Shown here: positions 10,019-20,183 of the stretch, piece by piece | How positions within the stretch are numbered: position 1 is the stretch's first letter | Layout of the letters: each line of letters starts with the position of its first letter | Assembly: GCA_964412115.1 (NCBI GenBank) | Contig: CAYPMM010000001.1 | Span: 764-64,763 of the forward strand | DNA length: 64,000 nt | Reading direction: 5' to 3' | Source of the DNA: an uncultured Candidatus Saccharibacteria bacterium | GTDB taxonomy: Bacteria; Patescibacteriota; Minisyncoccia; HO2-45-28 | Made by a program: the position numbers and the translations under genes | The notes under the pieces: generated by a model | What the model was told of the DNA's origin: nothing | Database searches by the model: none | Seen by the model: the letters and a program-made list of their open reading frames with translations, nothing else

Positions 10019-10946
10019 TTAACTTGTTTTCTTTTATTTCGCGGATGCTGTAAGGCGGGCGATTTGTGGAAGCGTAATAAATGGGAAGCAGAATCTCCGC
10101 GAGCAATCCCATCATAAAAAGCAAAACTCCCAAAATGGCAAAAAGGGTTCCGACCACCGGCAGAGGCGTTGCCGTAAAATCTTCAATGCCAAAGAGCCGT
10201 AAAATAACAGCTGTCCCGAACGCGAGCATTGAAAGAAAAATGGAGACGGCTCCCCATCCGCCAAAAAATCTCAAAGGTCTTGAAAAATACCGAATAAAAA
10301 AAACAACGCTTAATAAATCAAATCCTGTTTTTATCATTCTGGGGATGTTGGTTTTAGACTCGCCGAATTCCCTGAATTGGTGCGAAACGACAACCTCGCA
10401 TATTTTAGCGCCTCTCTCTTTGGCGATGGCCGGAAGAGACGCTTGCGCGTCTCCCAAAAGCCGGAAATCTTTAATAAAATCGCTACGGTACGCTTTTAAA
10501 CCGCATCCAAAATCGTGAAGGGGAACATCGAGCGCCACCCGCGCGGCATAATTCGCGACGCGGGAAAAAAGAACGCGCGACCATCGGTCCTTTCTTTCCT
10601 TTCGCCAGCCGGACACCGCGCCGCATCCTTCTGATATCTTTTCAAGAAATTTAGGAATGTCGGCCGGGTCGTTTTGGAGGTCGGCGTCCAATAAAATAAT
10701 ACTATCCCCTTTTGCTTCTTGAATGCCAACATCCAAAGCGATCGTTTCTCCGCAATTTCTTCGAAGAAAAATCATTTTAAGAGGCCGGAGATTTTCCATT
10801 TCTTTACGCGTTTTGTCCGTTGACGCGTCATCAACAAAAATAATTTCATAGGGCTCCGCTTGTCCCCGCATTGCGTCAACAATCCGGCGATGAAGCTCGC
10901 GGATGGTTTTTTCTTCATTGAAAACCGGCACAACGATAGAAATCAT
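10005..10946 (-). CDS. GT2 polyprenol-phosphate glycosyltransferase (DPM1/GtrB/ArnC-like) with C-terminal TM helices
   Basis: MISIVVPVFNEE...DDASTD...LDADLQND motifs, two C-terminal TM segments. Confidence 0.7.
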   Translation of the reverse strand: MISIVVPVFNEEKTIRELHRRIVDAMRGQAEPYEIIFVDDASTDKTRKEMENLRPLKMIFLRRNCGETIALDVGIQEAKGDSIILLDADLQNDPADIPKFLEKISEGCGAVSGWRKERKDRWSRVLFSRVANYAARVALDVPLHDFGCGLKAYRSDFIKDFRLLGDAQASLPAIAKERGAKICEVVVSHQFREFGESKTNIPRMIKTGFDLLSVVFFIRYFSRPLRFFGGWGAVSIFLSMLAFGTAVILRLFGIEDFTATPLPVVGTLFAILGVLLFMMGLLAEILLPIYYASTNRPPYSIREIKENKLNEGN

Positions 10947-10957
10947 ATTATCTAATT

Positions 10958-10992
10958 AAACAAAAAAGCGAGGCTGTGTCAACCTCGCTTAA
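10958..10992 (-). terminator. intrinsic terminator after radical SAM gene
   Basis: AAGCGAGG-loop-CCUCGCUU hairpin followed by UUUUUUGUUU on minus strand. Confidence 0.55.
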
Positions 10993-10996
10993 CGGT

Positions 10997-12520
10997 TCAT
11001 TTTAATATATTTTCCGCTCTGGCGCGTATGCGTTCTTCAACATACTCTTTCGGATTCATTTCGCGCCACGCCCGGTCTCTTAACTCCACGATTCGTTCCG
11101 GCGGCACCGTCGTGTTATACATGACGGCGTTGACGAAATTCATGGAATCGGGATCAAAATCGCGGTCTAAATATCCCTCGGCGATCGCCATGTCATAAAG
11201 CTGACTGCCCGGAAAGGGAATGGGTATAAAAGGAGAGCAGTAAGCAGCCCCGGCGTCCACAAGCCTTTTTCCCAATTCAACGCTTTGAAGAATTTCTTCT
11301 TCCGTTTCGTCGGGAAAACCGATCATCATGTTGATGGGGCATTTAATCCCGAGACGGGTCGCGATGCGAACGAGCTCGACTACGTCCAAAGTGCTCAAAT
11401 TTAGTTTGGCGGTCGCGTACTTATCCAAAATGCGCTGTGAGCCGGATTCCACCGGAAAAGAAATCTCATCAAAACCGGCGTCTCGCAAAAGTTCCAGATA
11501 CTGGGCGTCAATTTCCAACTTGCCGTTTTTTCCCCGCCTTTGAAAATGAACGAGGTTCACGCCGTTGATTGCAGCTATTCGCAACCCCATGCCAAGCACA
11601 TTTTCAAATATGGTTTTTACGCGCGATTTATTCGCAAGCAGGCTGTCATCTTCAAAAAAAAGCTTATAAACCCCGAGGTCGCGCAGTCTCCTTACTTCCT
11701 CAAGCACTCTGGCAACCGACTTTATCCGATAGGCGCCGATATTTCCGCTTCCAAGCGGGTCTTCTTTTTCCTTGGAGATATGGCAATAGGCGCACCGAAA
11801 AGGGCATCCGCGAGAGGTCATAATAGGCGCGTACCTTACTTTGGGCGCAAACTCCACGCCGGATCTGGAAGAAACAATGCGGTCGTAATGCCTAAACGGC
11901 AGTTTTTCCCACGTGGGAAACGGCAGTTCGTCAAGATTCATGTGCGTATCGCACGGCGCAACCGGATTTGTAACGCGCCGCTTTTCCGCCTGATACGTGA
12001 TGCCCGAAACACGGCCGTAACCCAGCCCGGCAACCCACGCCTCAACAATCTTAACAAAAATTTTTTCTCCTTCGGTAAGGCAGATGATATCCACCGCTCC
12101 GCTCTCAAAAAAACGGCCCGGCAAATTTTTAGCGTTCGTTCCGCCGGACACAACCAAAATATCCGGATTAACGTCTTTTGCGGTTACGGCGACTTCCAGG
12201 GCCATTCTGGTTTGAGGAGTAAAGTTTGAATTGATGCCGATGATGTCGTATTTGCCGTCGGCAATGAATGTTCGAAGCCGTTCTTGAGACATCCCTATGC
12301 GCGTAAGCCCGTTCGGCTGGCGCACCGCGCGATAAAACGTGTCGTCCAAATTATCCGTCTCCGCTCCGACCGACGCGTCAAGAATATCGGCTTCGAATCC
12401 GGCCCGTTCAAGCGCGCCGGCAAGATATAAAAGACCAAGCGATCCGTCGGGTCTTGGCTGTTCAATTGACGCCAGTTGGTTTGGAGGATAAATAAGCAGA
12501 ATTTTCGGGTTTTTCCTCAC
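10997..12520 (-). CDS. B12-binding radical SAM protein (class B)
   Basis: N-terminal cobalamin-binding-like domain; CPFRCAYC radical SAM cluster motif. Confidence 0.75.
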   Translation of the reverse strand: MRKNPKILLIYPPNQLASIEQPRPDGSLGLLYLAGALERAGFEADILDASVGAETDNLDDTFYRAVRQPNGLTRIGMSQERLRTFIADGKYDIIGINSNFTPQTRMALEVAVTAKDVNPDILVVSGGTNAKNLPGRFFESGAVDIICLTEGEKIFVKIVEAWVAGLGYGRVSGITYQAEKRRVTNPVAPCDTHMNLDELPFPTWEKLPFRHYDRIVSSRSGVEFAPKVRYAPIMTSRGCPFRCAYCHISKEKEDPLGSGNIGAYRIKSVARVLEEVRRLRDLGVYKLFFEDDSLLANKSRVKTIFENVLGMGLRIAAINGVNLVHFQRRGKNGKLEIDAQYLELLRDAGFDEISFPVESGSQRILDKYATAKLNLSTLDVVELVRIATRLGIKCPINMMIGFPDETEEEILQSVELGKRLVDAGAAYCSPFIPIPFPGSQLYDMAIAEGYLDRDFDPDSMNFVNAVMYNTTVPPERIVELRDRAWREMNPKEYVEERIRARAENILK

Positions 12521-12568
12521 GCGCCTTCTCCATTCAATTTTTAACGTTCAAACGCTAAAAACAGCATA

Positions 12569-13243
12569 TCATTTTAAAAAGGGTCCGTCCATGTCTTCCG
12601 GATAACTGAAGGCGATATTTTTTGTTCCTTTTACCATAAAAACGGGGTGTTTTTTTACAAATTTATCCATCATGGACGTAAGATAGTACTCGCCATTTTT
12701 ATGTTTTACGGGTTTGTATTTAAAAATGTCGGTATTTACCGCCATCACTCCGGCAGCGACAAAATTGGACGAGAAGCGTTTGGGTTTTTCAATAACGCCG
12801 AGAATACGGCCTTCTTTAGAAATTTTAGGGATACCGGATTGGCTTGAATCCGTCATTTCGCGGCAAAGCCAGCTGAATTCGTGTTTTAAACATTTTCGCA
12901 TCTGATTTTTAGCCGGCATTTCATCTCCGTAAATAATCAAAAAACGTTCGCCTCGTTTTTTAAAAAAACTCTTAGCCAGCAAAACCGCGTAAGCCGTCCC
13001 ATTAAGTTTTTTTTGAACGACGTACTTTATTGTTTTTCCTTGATAAAAATTGCCGTATCGTTTTTTTATCTTTCCGCCCTTATAGCCGATAACAATTATA
13101 ATTTCATCCACCGATTTCGGCAAAACATCAAAGATATTATCCAGAAGTGTTTTTTTGCCTATTTTTAAAAGCGGCTTTGGCGTATCGTCGGTCAAATGGC
13201 GCATCCTTTTTCCGCGCCCCGCGGCCAAAATTACCGCTTTCAT
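12569..13243 (-). CDS. hddC: sugar-1-phosphate nucleotidyltransferase (heptose-1-P guanylyltransferase-like)
   Basis: MKAVILAAGRGKRMRHLTDDTPKPLL motif; context with gmhA/hddA/gmhB. Confidence 0.65.
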   Translation of the reverse strand: MKAVILAAGRGKRMRHLTDDTPKPLLKIGKKTLLDNIFDVLPKSVDEIIIVIGYKGGKIKKRYGNFYQGKTIKYVVQKKLNGTAYAVLLAKSFFKKRGERFLIIYGDEMPAKNQMRKCLKHEFSWLCREMTDSSQSGIPKISKEGRILGVIEKPKRFSSNFVAAGVMAVNTDIFKYKPVKHKNGEYYLTSMMDKFVKKHPVFMVKGTKNIAFSYPEDMDGPFLK

Positions 13244-14352
13244 TCCCTGCCTTCTTTATAAAATTCTATAATACTGCCGGCGATATATTTTATTTCCTCT
13301 TCTTCAAGCTCGGGAAAAATCGGCAGGGATAAAATTTCGTCAACCGCCGATTCCGCGGCAGGAAAATCGCCTTTCTTGTGGCCGAGGCCCTTATAAACCG
13401 GCTGAAGATGAATTGGAACCGGATAATGCACCAGGGTCGGGATCTTTTTTTCGCCTAAATACTCCATCAGAGCGTTTCTGTCGCGAACTCTTATGACATA
13501 CTGATGAAAAACCGGCTCGGCGTAATCGGCAACTGTCGGAATCGCTACTGAAGTTCCGCCAAGCAATTTATTATACAGTTCGGCGTTTTTTCTTCTTTTT
13601 TCGCCCCATTCTTCGAGGTGTTTCAATTTAACTCTCAATATGGCCGCTTGTATGGTGTCTAACCTGGAGTTAAATCCGATAATCTGGAATAAATCTTTTT
13701 GAGTTCTCCCGAAGTCCCTAAGAAATCTGACTTTGCCCGCCAACTCGTCGCTATTGGTAACAACAGCGCCTCCGTCTCCGTAAGCGCCCAAATTCTTGCT
13801 GGGGTAAAAACTGAACACGGCGATATCGCCAAGCCCCCCGACCCGCCTGCCTTTATGCCGCGCGCCGTGCGCTTGGCAGGCGTCTTCCAAAATTTTCAAG
13901 TTGTGTTTTTGAGCGATTGATTTAATTTCGTCCATATCCGCGGGCTGTCCGTAAAGATGAACCGGCAAAATAACTTTTGTGCGCGGGGTAATACTCGCCT
14001 CAATTTTTTTAGGGTCAATATTAAAAGTTTTCGGGTCAATGTCGGAAAAAACCGGCGTTGCGCCCAGCATTGATATGCTCGTAGACGTTGAAACGAAAGA
14101 ATGCGGAGTGGTTATGACCTCGTCTCCGGCCCCTACGCCCAGCGCATGCAAAGACAAAAAAAGAGCGTCCGTGCCGGAGGCGACTCCAACGCAATGTTTC
14201 GCCTCGCAAAAATCGGCGAAGTCTTTTTCAAAATTTTTCACCTCGTCTCCAAGAATAAATTCGTGTTTATCAAGCGCCCCTTTAACGGCGGCGTCAATTT
14301 CATCTTTATATTTGCGGTATTGGCGCCCTAAATCGACAAATTCAATCATCAA
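13240..14352 (-). CDS. DegT/DnrJ/EryC1/StrS sugar aminotransferase (PLP)
   Basis: Full-length family pattern, GDEVITTPHSFVST, SFYPSKNLGAYGDGG. Confidence 0.8.
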   Translation of the reverse strand: MMIEFVDLGRQYRKYKDEIDAAVKGALDKHEFILGDEVKNFEKDFADFCEAKHCVGVASGTDALFLSLHALGVGAGDEVITTPHSFVSTSTSISMLGATPVFSDIDPKTFNIDPKKIEASITPRTKVILPVHLYGQPADMDEIKSIAQKHNLKILEDACQAHGARHKGRRVGGLGDIAVFSFYPSKNLGAYGDGGAVVTNSDELAGKVRFLRDFGRTQKDLFQIIGFNSRLDTIQAAILRVKLKHLEEWGEKRRKNAELYNKLLGGTSVAIPTVADYAEPVFHQYVIRVRDRNALMEYLGEKKIPTLVHYPVPIHLQPVYKGLGHKKGDFPAAESAVDEILSLPIFPELEEEEIKYIAGSIIEFYKEGRE

Positions 14353-14391
14353 CGAAACATTACCATATAAAACCGAAAAATGTCCATACTT

Positions 14392-16131
14392 TTAAAATCC
14401 ATAAACCCTGATATCACCGCTCTCGTAAAGTACTGCCAGGTTTTTTACAAAGTCGGCTACCTGCGCGGGTACTTCTCCTTGAATTAAGACGTAGTCCAAT
14501 CTGTATCTCGATAATTCCGATTTAAAATCTTTTTTTAAAAAATCCCGATAGTTTTGCGGCAGTTCCGCAAGTCTTTTTTCCAATTTTTCATCGCTAAAAT
14601 CGGGAAAGTCTTTGACATTATAAATCCCTTTCCAGTTGGCGGCAAGGCGCGTTCGTGGTTCTTGTTTATTGCCGGCCATATAATCTTCAATATTTTGAGC
14701 CGTAACTCCTTTTAGGAACAGGAGCGTAAAATAATTATGCAAAATTCGCTCTTCCGGCATCAGCGAGAGCGCCGCGGTTGCTTCATATAAATTGCAGTGA
14801 GTAAAAGCCGGAATGGCGTAGTCAAAACTGCTCAATCCATCCCATTCGCTAACCGCAAGCACAACGCAGTCTTTTTCTTGCCGATTAAGCCAGTCAAACA
14901 GAGCGGAATAATTTTGCAGATCGGCATAGCGTGAAGAAAATTGCGCGTATGTTATTGCCTGCGTGTAAATACCGAACAGCACAGACGAAACCGCGGCGGC
15001 AAATACCAAGACCGCCCAAAAATACCTGCTTTTTTCGCGGATAACGTTGTGGGCCAAAACCATAAACGCGACTATGGCAATCGGTATGGTGTACTGTACA
15101 AAATGATACGGCCAGACGGTCCGGCCGGTAATGATTTGCTGGTTATAAGCCACGAGACCTCCGAGCATCATTGATAAACAAAACCAATACCAGTTTCGGT
15201 TAAAGCCTTCTTTAAATTTGTCCGCAAAAAACCAGGCGGTAATAAGATAAATCGCGATAACCGCCAGAAGAAGTTTATTAAACACGGGATAGTGGGTATA
15301 AAAAAGACCGCTTCGCAGAACCGAATCATAAAACCACGGACTAAGGCTCGCCCGCCAGGCGTTTACCCAATAAGGCAGCGAGAGCAGGGCTCCGGACAGA
15401 AGAACAGCCGACAGCCGTATCGCGGTCAAATATTCTTTTTTAAAAAAATAAAACAGAATTAAAACGCCGGTTATGGACGCCGCCAGTCCCCAGCTAAAAA
15501 AATAACTGCCGATCATCAAAGCTAGAAAAAGAGCCGCGCCCGCCGTGGCGGATCGATATCGTTTGGTGTTCTGCGTTATCGCCAAAACTAAAATCAAAAA
15601 GGAAAATAAAAAGATTGCGCCAAGAACCGGATTGACCGGACGAGACCAAATTAAAAAATCCCCGCCAATACTGCCGCGGCCGGATAAAAAATCAATAACC
15701 GAACGATAGTCCACCAAATCATATCCCAGCGTTACCAATAATGCTCCTGAAGCGGCGTTTATTTTTCCGCCCCAATCCTGCTTGACGGACAATTTCCAGA
15801 TTAAAAAATAAATCAGCAGAAAAAGCACGAACGGCAAATAAAACCGGCTGGCGAGTAAAATATTAACCGGCGAAACATCCAAAAGCATGGCGGGCAAGGC
15901 GTAAAAAAACTCGCCCGTCGGAGGAGTGACCGGCGGCTGATTTTTATATTCAAAAAAGAAAGGAGAGCCAAGAGACGGATGTCCGTCCACAATCTCCTGA
16001 ATCCTGGCCAAATACTCATCTTCGTTGGCGGTCTGCATTATCGGTATGCCGCCGTATTCGTCTCCCAACGACAGAATGAAAATAACGTTCGGCGCCGCGT
16101 AAAGAACTCCGACCAAAAACGCTATCGCCAA
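14392..16131 (-). CDS. large polytopic membrane protein (possible GT-C-like glycosyltransferase), function unknown
   Basis: 579 aa, >10 hydrophobic segments; no recognisable catalytic motif. Confidence 0.4.
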   Translation of the reverse strand: MAIAFLVGVLYAAPNVIFILSLGDEYGGIPIMQTANEDEYLARIQEIVDGHPSLGSPFFFEYKNQPPVTPPTGEFFYALPAMLLDVSPVNILLASRFYLPFVLFLLIYFLIWKLSVKQDWGGKINAASGALLVTLGYDLVDYRSVIDFLSGRGSIGGDFLIWSRPVNPVLGAIFLFSFLILVLAITQNTKRYRSATAGAALFLALMIGSYFFSWGLAASITGVLILFYFFKKEYLTAIRLSAVLLSGALLSLPYWVNAWRASLSPWFYDSVLRSGLFYTHYPVFNKLLLAVIAIYLITAWFFADKFKEGFNRNWYWFCLSMMLGGLVAYNQQIITGRTVWPYHFVQYTIPIAIVAFMVLAHNVIREKSRYFWAVLVFAAAVSSVLFGIYTQAITYAQFSSRYADLQNYSALFDWLNRQEKDCVVLAVSEWDGLSSFDYAIPAFTHCNLYEATAALSLMPEERILHNYFTLLFLKGVTAQNIEDYMAGNKQEPRTRLAANWKGIYNVKDFPDFSDEKLEKRLAELPQNYRDFLKKDFKSELSRYRLDYVLIQGEVPAQVADFVKNLAVLYESGDIRVYGF

Positions 16132-16217
16132 AGCCAGCCAGTGTTTTTTAAAAAAAATATTTGTAATGATGTTTTGCCAATTAATAAAATAACGGGTACT
16201 ATTTTAGGTATTATAGC

Positions 16218-17204
16218 ATGAAACCGACCGTACGGCTAAAAAAAATAAGATGGGGCATCATAGGTCTGGGGGCGCAGGCAAACAATATCGCGCGCTCAAT
16301 CATCGGTTCCAAAAACGGAGTCCTTTTCGCCGTAGCCGGTAAAAGTCCGCGGCGAGCAAAGCAGTTTGCGGAAAAATACGGCGCCGCCCATTCCGGCGCA
16401 ATCCGCGGTCTGCTCAATAATTCCCAAGTTGATGCCGTATTTATCGCCTCCCCCAGCTACGAACACGCCAAACATGTTTTATTGGCGTCTGCGGCAAAAA
16501 AACATATTCTTTGCGAAAAACCGCTTGCTCTCTCCGTTAAAGACGGGCGCCGAATCGCGTCTGCGGTTAAAAAAAACCGCGTGCGTCTCGCGGTCGGATT
16601 TCATTTGCGCCATCACCCGGACATTCAAAAGACAAAAGCCCTGATAAGTTCCGGAAAACTGGGGATAATTTCGCTGATCCAAGCGCAGTGGTGTGTCGGG
16701 CGTCCCGGCGCCGCAAAACTCCCCCCCTTGCCGGCACACATGAAATGGCGCGAAAATTTCAAAAAATCAGGCGGCGGGGCCGTTATCGCCCGCGGAACTC
16801 ACCTGTTTGACCTCATCTCGTATCTTACCGGAAAAGAGCCCATTTCGGTTTCGGCGCTAACCGACGGCGGAAAAAAATCAAAAATCGACACAACCGCGGT
16901 CGGAATTTTGGAATATAAAAAATTTTTTGCCACAATCATAACCAGCAGGATCATTCCGCGACTTGACGACTCAATCGGCATTTACGGGAACAAGGGCCAT
17001 ATTGAGCTTCGGGGTGTCATGGCGCCAAACGGTAAAAAAAATTTGTGGCAAATGGAAATTGAAGATTTCGGAGACGCGATTTTGCGAAAAAAAACAATGA
17101 AAAGCGCCTCTCTCAAGGACGGTCTTATGAACGTTGCGGTCACCGAAGCCTTTGTCAAGTCGGCCTACACGGGAAAAAAAACAAAAATAAAAACTATTTT
17201 TTAG
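16218..17204 (+). CDS. Gfo/Idh/MocA family oxidoreductase (WbpB-like)
   Basis: IRWGIIGLGAQANN...EKPLALS motifs. Confidence 0.75.
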   Translation: MKPTVRLKKIRWGIIGLGAQANNIARSIIGSKNGVLFAVAGKSPRRAKQFAEKYGAAHSGAIRGLLNNSQVDAVFIASPSYEHAKHVLLASAAKKHILCEKPLALSVKDGRRIASAVKKNRVRLAVGFHLRHHPDIQKTKALISSGKLGIISLIQAQWCVGRPGAAKLPPLPAHMKWRENFKKSGGGAVIARGTHLFDLISYLTGKEPISVSALTDGGKKSKIDTTAVGILEYKKFFATIITSRIIPRLDDSIGIYGNKGHIELRGVMAPNGKKNLWQMEIEDFGDAILRKKTMKSASLKDGLMNVAVTEAFVKSAYTGKKTKIKTIF

Positions 17205-18216
17205 GATTGGATGAATACCATTCGTAAGTCTTTTTAAGTCCCTCGTCCAAAGAAACTTCCGGTTTCCAGCCGGTCAAACTTTGAAGCTTGGAAATATCGG
17301 CCAGGCGTCTTTTTACGCTCCCCTCCGGCGCGGATTTGATGTCCAGTTCTTTCGGCCGCCAGCCCGCAACCTCGAACATTTTCTCAGCCAAATCTTTTAT
17401 CGTAATTTCTTGAGTATCGCCGATATGCACCGTTTCAATAGGCTGCAAATCCGTTTTTTTGGAATCCATGAGCATTCGCATCGCTCGCGCCGCGTCATCA
17501 ATGTGGCAAAAAGTGCGGGTGTCGTCGGCGCCATAAATCTGGAATGGTTCGGTTTTTCGGGCAATCCGCGCGGAAAATTCGGGAATAACATGATTATATC
17601 CGGCTCTCGGCCCGTAAAAATTATGGGGTCTTACGATTAGCGCCCGGAAATTATATTTTGACGCGTAATGAATCACAAAAAGTTCGCCGGCGAGTTTACT
17701 TGCCGCGTAAGACCAGCGGGGGTTATAGGGGTCGTCTACGACCAACGACACTTTTTCGGGTGTAGGAATTGGCAGCTTTCCAAACGCGTTCAAACCCCCG
17801 GCATAGGCCTCATTAGATGAGGTGAAACAAAATTTACCTTCGCTATTTTTATTTTTAAACCATTCAAGCATATAAACCAAAGACAGGGTATTAATTCGCA
17901 GCGTTTCGTGGGGCATATCATAAAAGTTTTTGGTGCCGTTAATTGCGGCCAAATGATAAACATGGCCATAGCCCGCGCCCAATTTTTCGAAAGACGCCGG
18001 ATTGGTTAAATCCAGTTCCAAAAAACGCACCCGGGAATCGTTTAAAAGTTTTTTAAAGTCGCTGTCGGCCCTTCCGCGCTGGAAGTTATCAACCAAAACT
18101 ATTTCGGCATCGTTGCCATATTCTTTTAAAAGATGTGTCGCCAAATGACAGCCGATAAAACCGGCCCCGCCGGTAATAAGAATTTTTTTGTTCTTTTGCG
18201 CCTCCGCACTTGACAT
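17194..18216 (-). CDS. NAD-dependent epimerase/dehydratase (extended SDR; 4,6-dehydratase-like)
   Basis: KILITGGAGFIGCHL, YAASKLAGE catalytic YxxxK. Confidence 0.75.
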   Translation of the reverse strand: MSSAEAQKNKKILITGGAGFIGCHLATHLLKEYGNDAEIVLVDNFQRGRADSDFKKLLNDSRVRFLELDLTNPASFEKLGAGYGHVYHLAAINGTKNFYDMPHETLRINTLSLVYMLEWFKNKNSEGKFCFTSSNEAYAGGLNAFGKLPIPTPEKVSLVVDDPYNPRWSYAASKLAGELFVIHYASKYNFRALIVRPHNFYGPRAGYNHVIPEFSARIARKTEPFQIYGADDTRTFCHIDDAARAMRMLMDSKKTDLQPIETVHIGDTQEITIKDLAEKMFEVAGWRPKELDIKSAPEGSVKRRLADISKLQSLTGWKPEVSLDEGLKKTYEWYSSNPKK

Positions 18217-18273
18217 AAAATTTATTTTTGATATATTTTTATAAGATTTTTGAAAAAATAGGGAGAAAAATCG

Positions 18274-18849
18274 GTGGTAAAATGGCCCAAGCCCGTCGGG
18301 GAACCTCGCGTTTTAATTAAGCCTCGCTTTAATAAAACCATGTTTAGCCAGCAATTTCAACACCCCGCGACCGGAGAAGAATATGAATTCGTGTTTTTTG
18401 GCTATACCAGACCCGAGTCTGCGGTAATTGTTTTCCCCATTACAAAAGACAACCGGGTTGTAGCCATACGCCAGTATAGGCACGGATCCCATTCGGTCAT
18501 AATTGAATTGCCTGGCGGACTGAAAAGAACCGAGGAGATGGTTGAAGACATGGCCCAAAAAGAACTTCTGGAGGAAACCGGATACCGCCCGGAGAGCATG
18601 ATTCACATGAAGCGCCACCCCGTTATTATCGCGCCCTGTAACTTTGCTATTTGTTTTGACGCCGTCTTGGCTCGAGGGTGTGAAAAAATTCAAGAACCAA
18701 GTCTGGAAGAAACGGAATACGCGGAAACGATATTAATTCCTCTGGCGAAGTGGCGGAGAATGGTTCTTAAAGGAGAAATTACGGACTTAAAGAGCATTGC
18801 GGTAACGCATTTCGCTCTTCCGTATCTCACCTCGCGATTAAGAAGTTAA
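18274..18849 (+). CDS. NUDIX hydrolase
   Basis: GGLKRTEEMVEDMAQKELLEETG Nudix box; GTG start with GGGAGA RBS. Confidence 0.6.
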   Translation: MVKWPKPVGEPRVLIKPRFNKTMFSQQFQHPATGEEYEFVFFGYTRPESAVIVFPITKDNRVVAIRQYRHGSHSVIIELPGGLKRTEEMVEDMAQKELLEETGYRPESMIHMKRHPVIIAPCNFAICFDAVLARGCEKIQEPSLEETEYAETILIPLAKWRRMVLKGEITDLKSIAVTHFALPYLTSRLRS

Positions 18850-18864
18850 ACAAGCAAACCAAGC

Positions 18865-18888
18865 CCTCTAAAAGAGGGTTTTTTTTAT
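18865..18888 (+). terminator. intrinsic terminator after NUDIX gene
   Basis: CCCTCTAAAAGAGGG hairpin followed by T8. Confidence 0.6.
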
Positions 18889-18909
18889 TAAAACAGTAGT
18901 CATTGCAAA

Positions 18910-20118
18910 TTAGTTATTTTTACGCTCCCAAAAGTTCCAAATATCCACTATTTTTTTATCCTTATATTTCCGCGTGTCAATCTCCTTGTATTGTTTGTGA
19001 GGGGCGGCAAGCACGATGATATCGGATTGTTTTAAAACTTTAGACAGCGGGTGAAAAGACGGATTTTTAATATGAAAGTCGTGGCATAAAACTTTTTTGC
19101 ATTTCGTTTCGGCGATTTTTTTAAGTTTAAAAGACAGGCTGTCCCGATGGTCGTCGCTATCCGCTTTAAAAGCCATGCCAAGTATGCCGATGGTCTTTGT
19201 TTTAATGTCCGGAAATTCTTGAGACAATTTATGCATAACGTGATTCGGCAAGCCCTCATTTACAAGCATGGCGGTATGGCCGAGGAAGAAATTATTATTA
19301 TTAAACGCGGCCAGCTGCATAGTGTCTTTTAAGAGGCACGGTCCGGCCGCAAATCCCGGCCGAGGCATATCTTTATTTCTCTCGTAGTCCTCCACCATGG
19401 CGTTGTGAATTTTTGAATAATCCAGCCCATGGTCGGAAGCCATCATAAAAAATTGATTGGCGATGGAAAAATGTATATATCTCCAGGCGTTGCAAAACAA
19501 TTTGGCCAATTCCGCCTCTATCGGCTTAACGGAGATTATTTTTCTTTTGGTCAGTTTTCCGAAAAGATCTTTGACCGCCCCGAGCGTCCCTGAATCGAAA
19601 GCGGATACGATCTGCGGTAAATTCTGAAGCTCGTGCAGGGCGTTTCCCTCTACGATTCTTTCCGGACAAAAAGCCACGCCGACTTTCTTTTTTCTTTCTT
19701 CAAAATACCGCTGGATTCTCTCGGACGTGTTGGGGTAGACGGTGCTGCGTAAAATTATAATTTGCCCGTCGCGAAAATAATCAAAATAATCGTCTAAAAC
19801 TTTAAAAATTCCCTTAATGTGGGGATTGAGATATTCATCAATAGGCGTGCCAACCACCAGAAAAATAAATTTGCTCTCCGATATCACGCCCGGGTTTTCG
19901 GAAACAAAAAGGGTTTTTTGGGATAGCGCCTTTTTCAAGCTCTTGTTTCCGTCTTTTTCTTTAAAAGGAAAATTTCCGGATTTGATTTTTTTAATACTTT
20001 CTTTGTTAATATCAAATAAAACGGTTTTTACTCCTTTGACGGCAAAAGCGACTCCCAATGGCAGACCGACATGTCCGGCTCCTCCAATAATGCAAAGTTC
20101 GCTGGTTTGTAATTTCAT
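18910..20118 (-). CDS. nucleotide-sugar 6-dehydrogenase (UDP-glucose/GDP-mannose dehydrogenase family, WbpA-like)
   Basis: CIIGGAGHVGLPLGV N-terminal NAD motif, family-typical central and C-terminal domains. Confidence 0.75.
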   Translation of the reverse strand: MKLQTSELCIIGGAGHVGLPLGVAFAVKGVKTVLFDINKESIKKIKSGNFPFKEKDGNKSLKKALSQKTLFVSENPGVISESKFIFLVVGTPIDEYLNPHIKGIFKVLDDYFDYFRDGQIIILRSTVYPNTSERIQRYFEERKKKVGVAFCPERIVEGNALHELQNLPQIVSAFDSGTLGAVKDLFGKLTKRKIISVKPIEAELAKLFCNAWRYIHFSIANQFFMMASDHGLDYSKIHNAMVEDYERNKDMPRPGFAAGPCLLKDTMQLAAFNNNNFFLGHTAMLVNEGLPNHVMHKLSQEFPDIKTKTIGILGMAFKADSDDHRDSLSFKLKKIAETKCKKVLCHDFHIKNPSFHPLSKVLKQSDIIVLAAPHKQYKEIDTRKYKDKKIVDIWNFWERKNN

Positions 20119-20183
20119 GTTATTATAGATTATATTTTATATCATAAAAATTTATTTGCAATAAGCGCTATTTTTAAATCCTG

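Noticed and set aside
11540-12229. 229-aa plus-strand ORF opposite the radical SAM gene
   Set aside because: Antisense shadow ORF: basic/Arg-rich composition, fully contained within a well-supported minus-strand gene.
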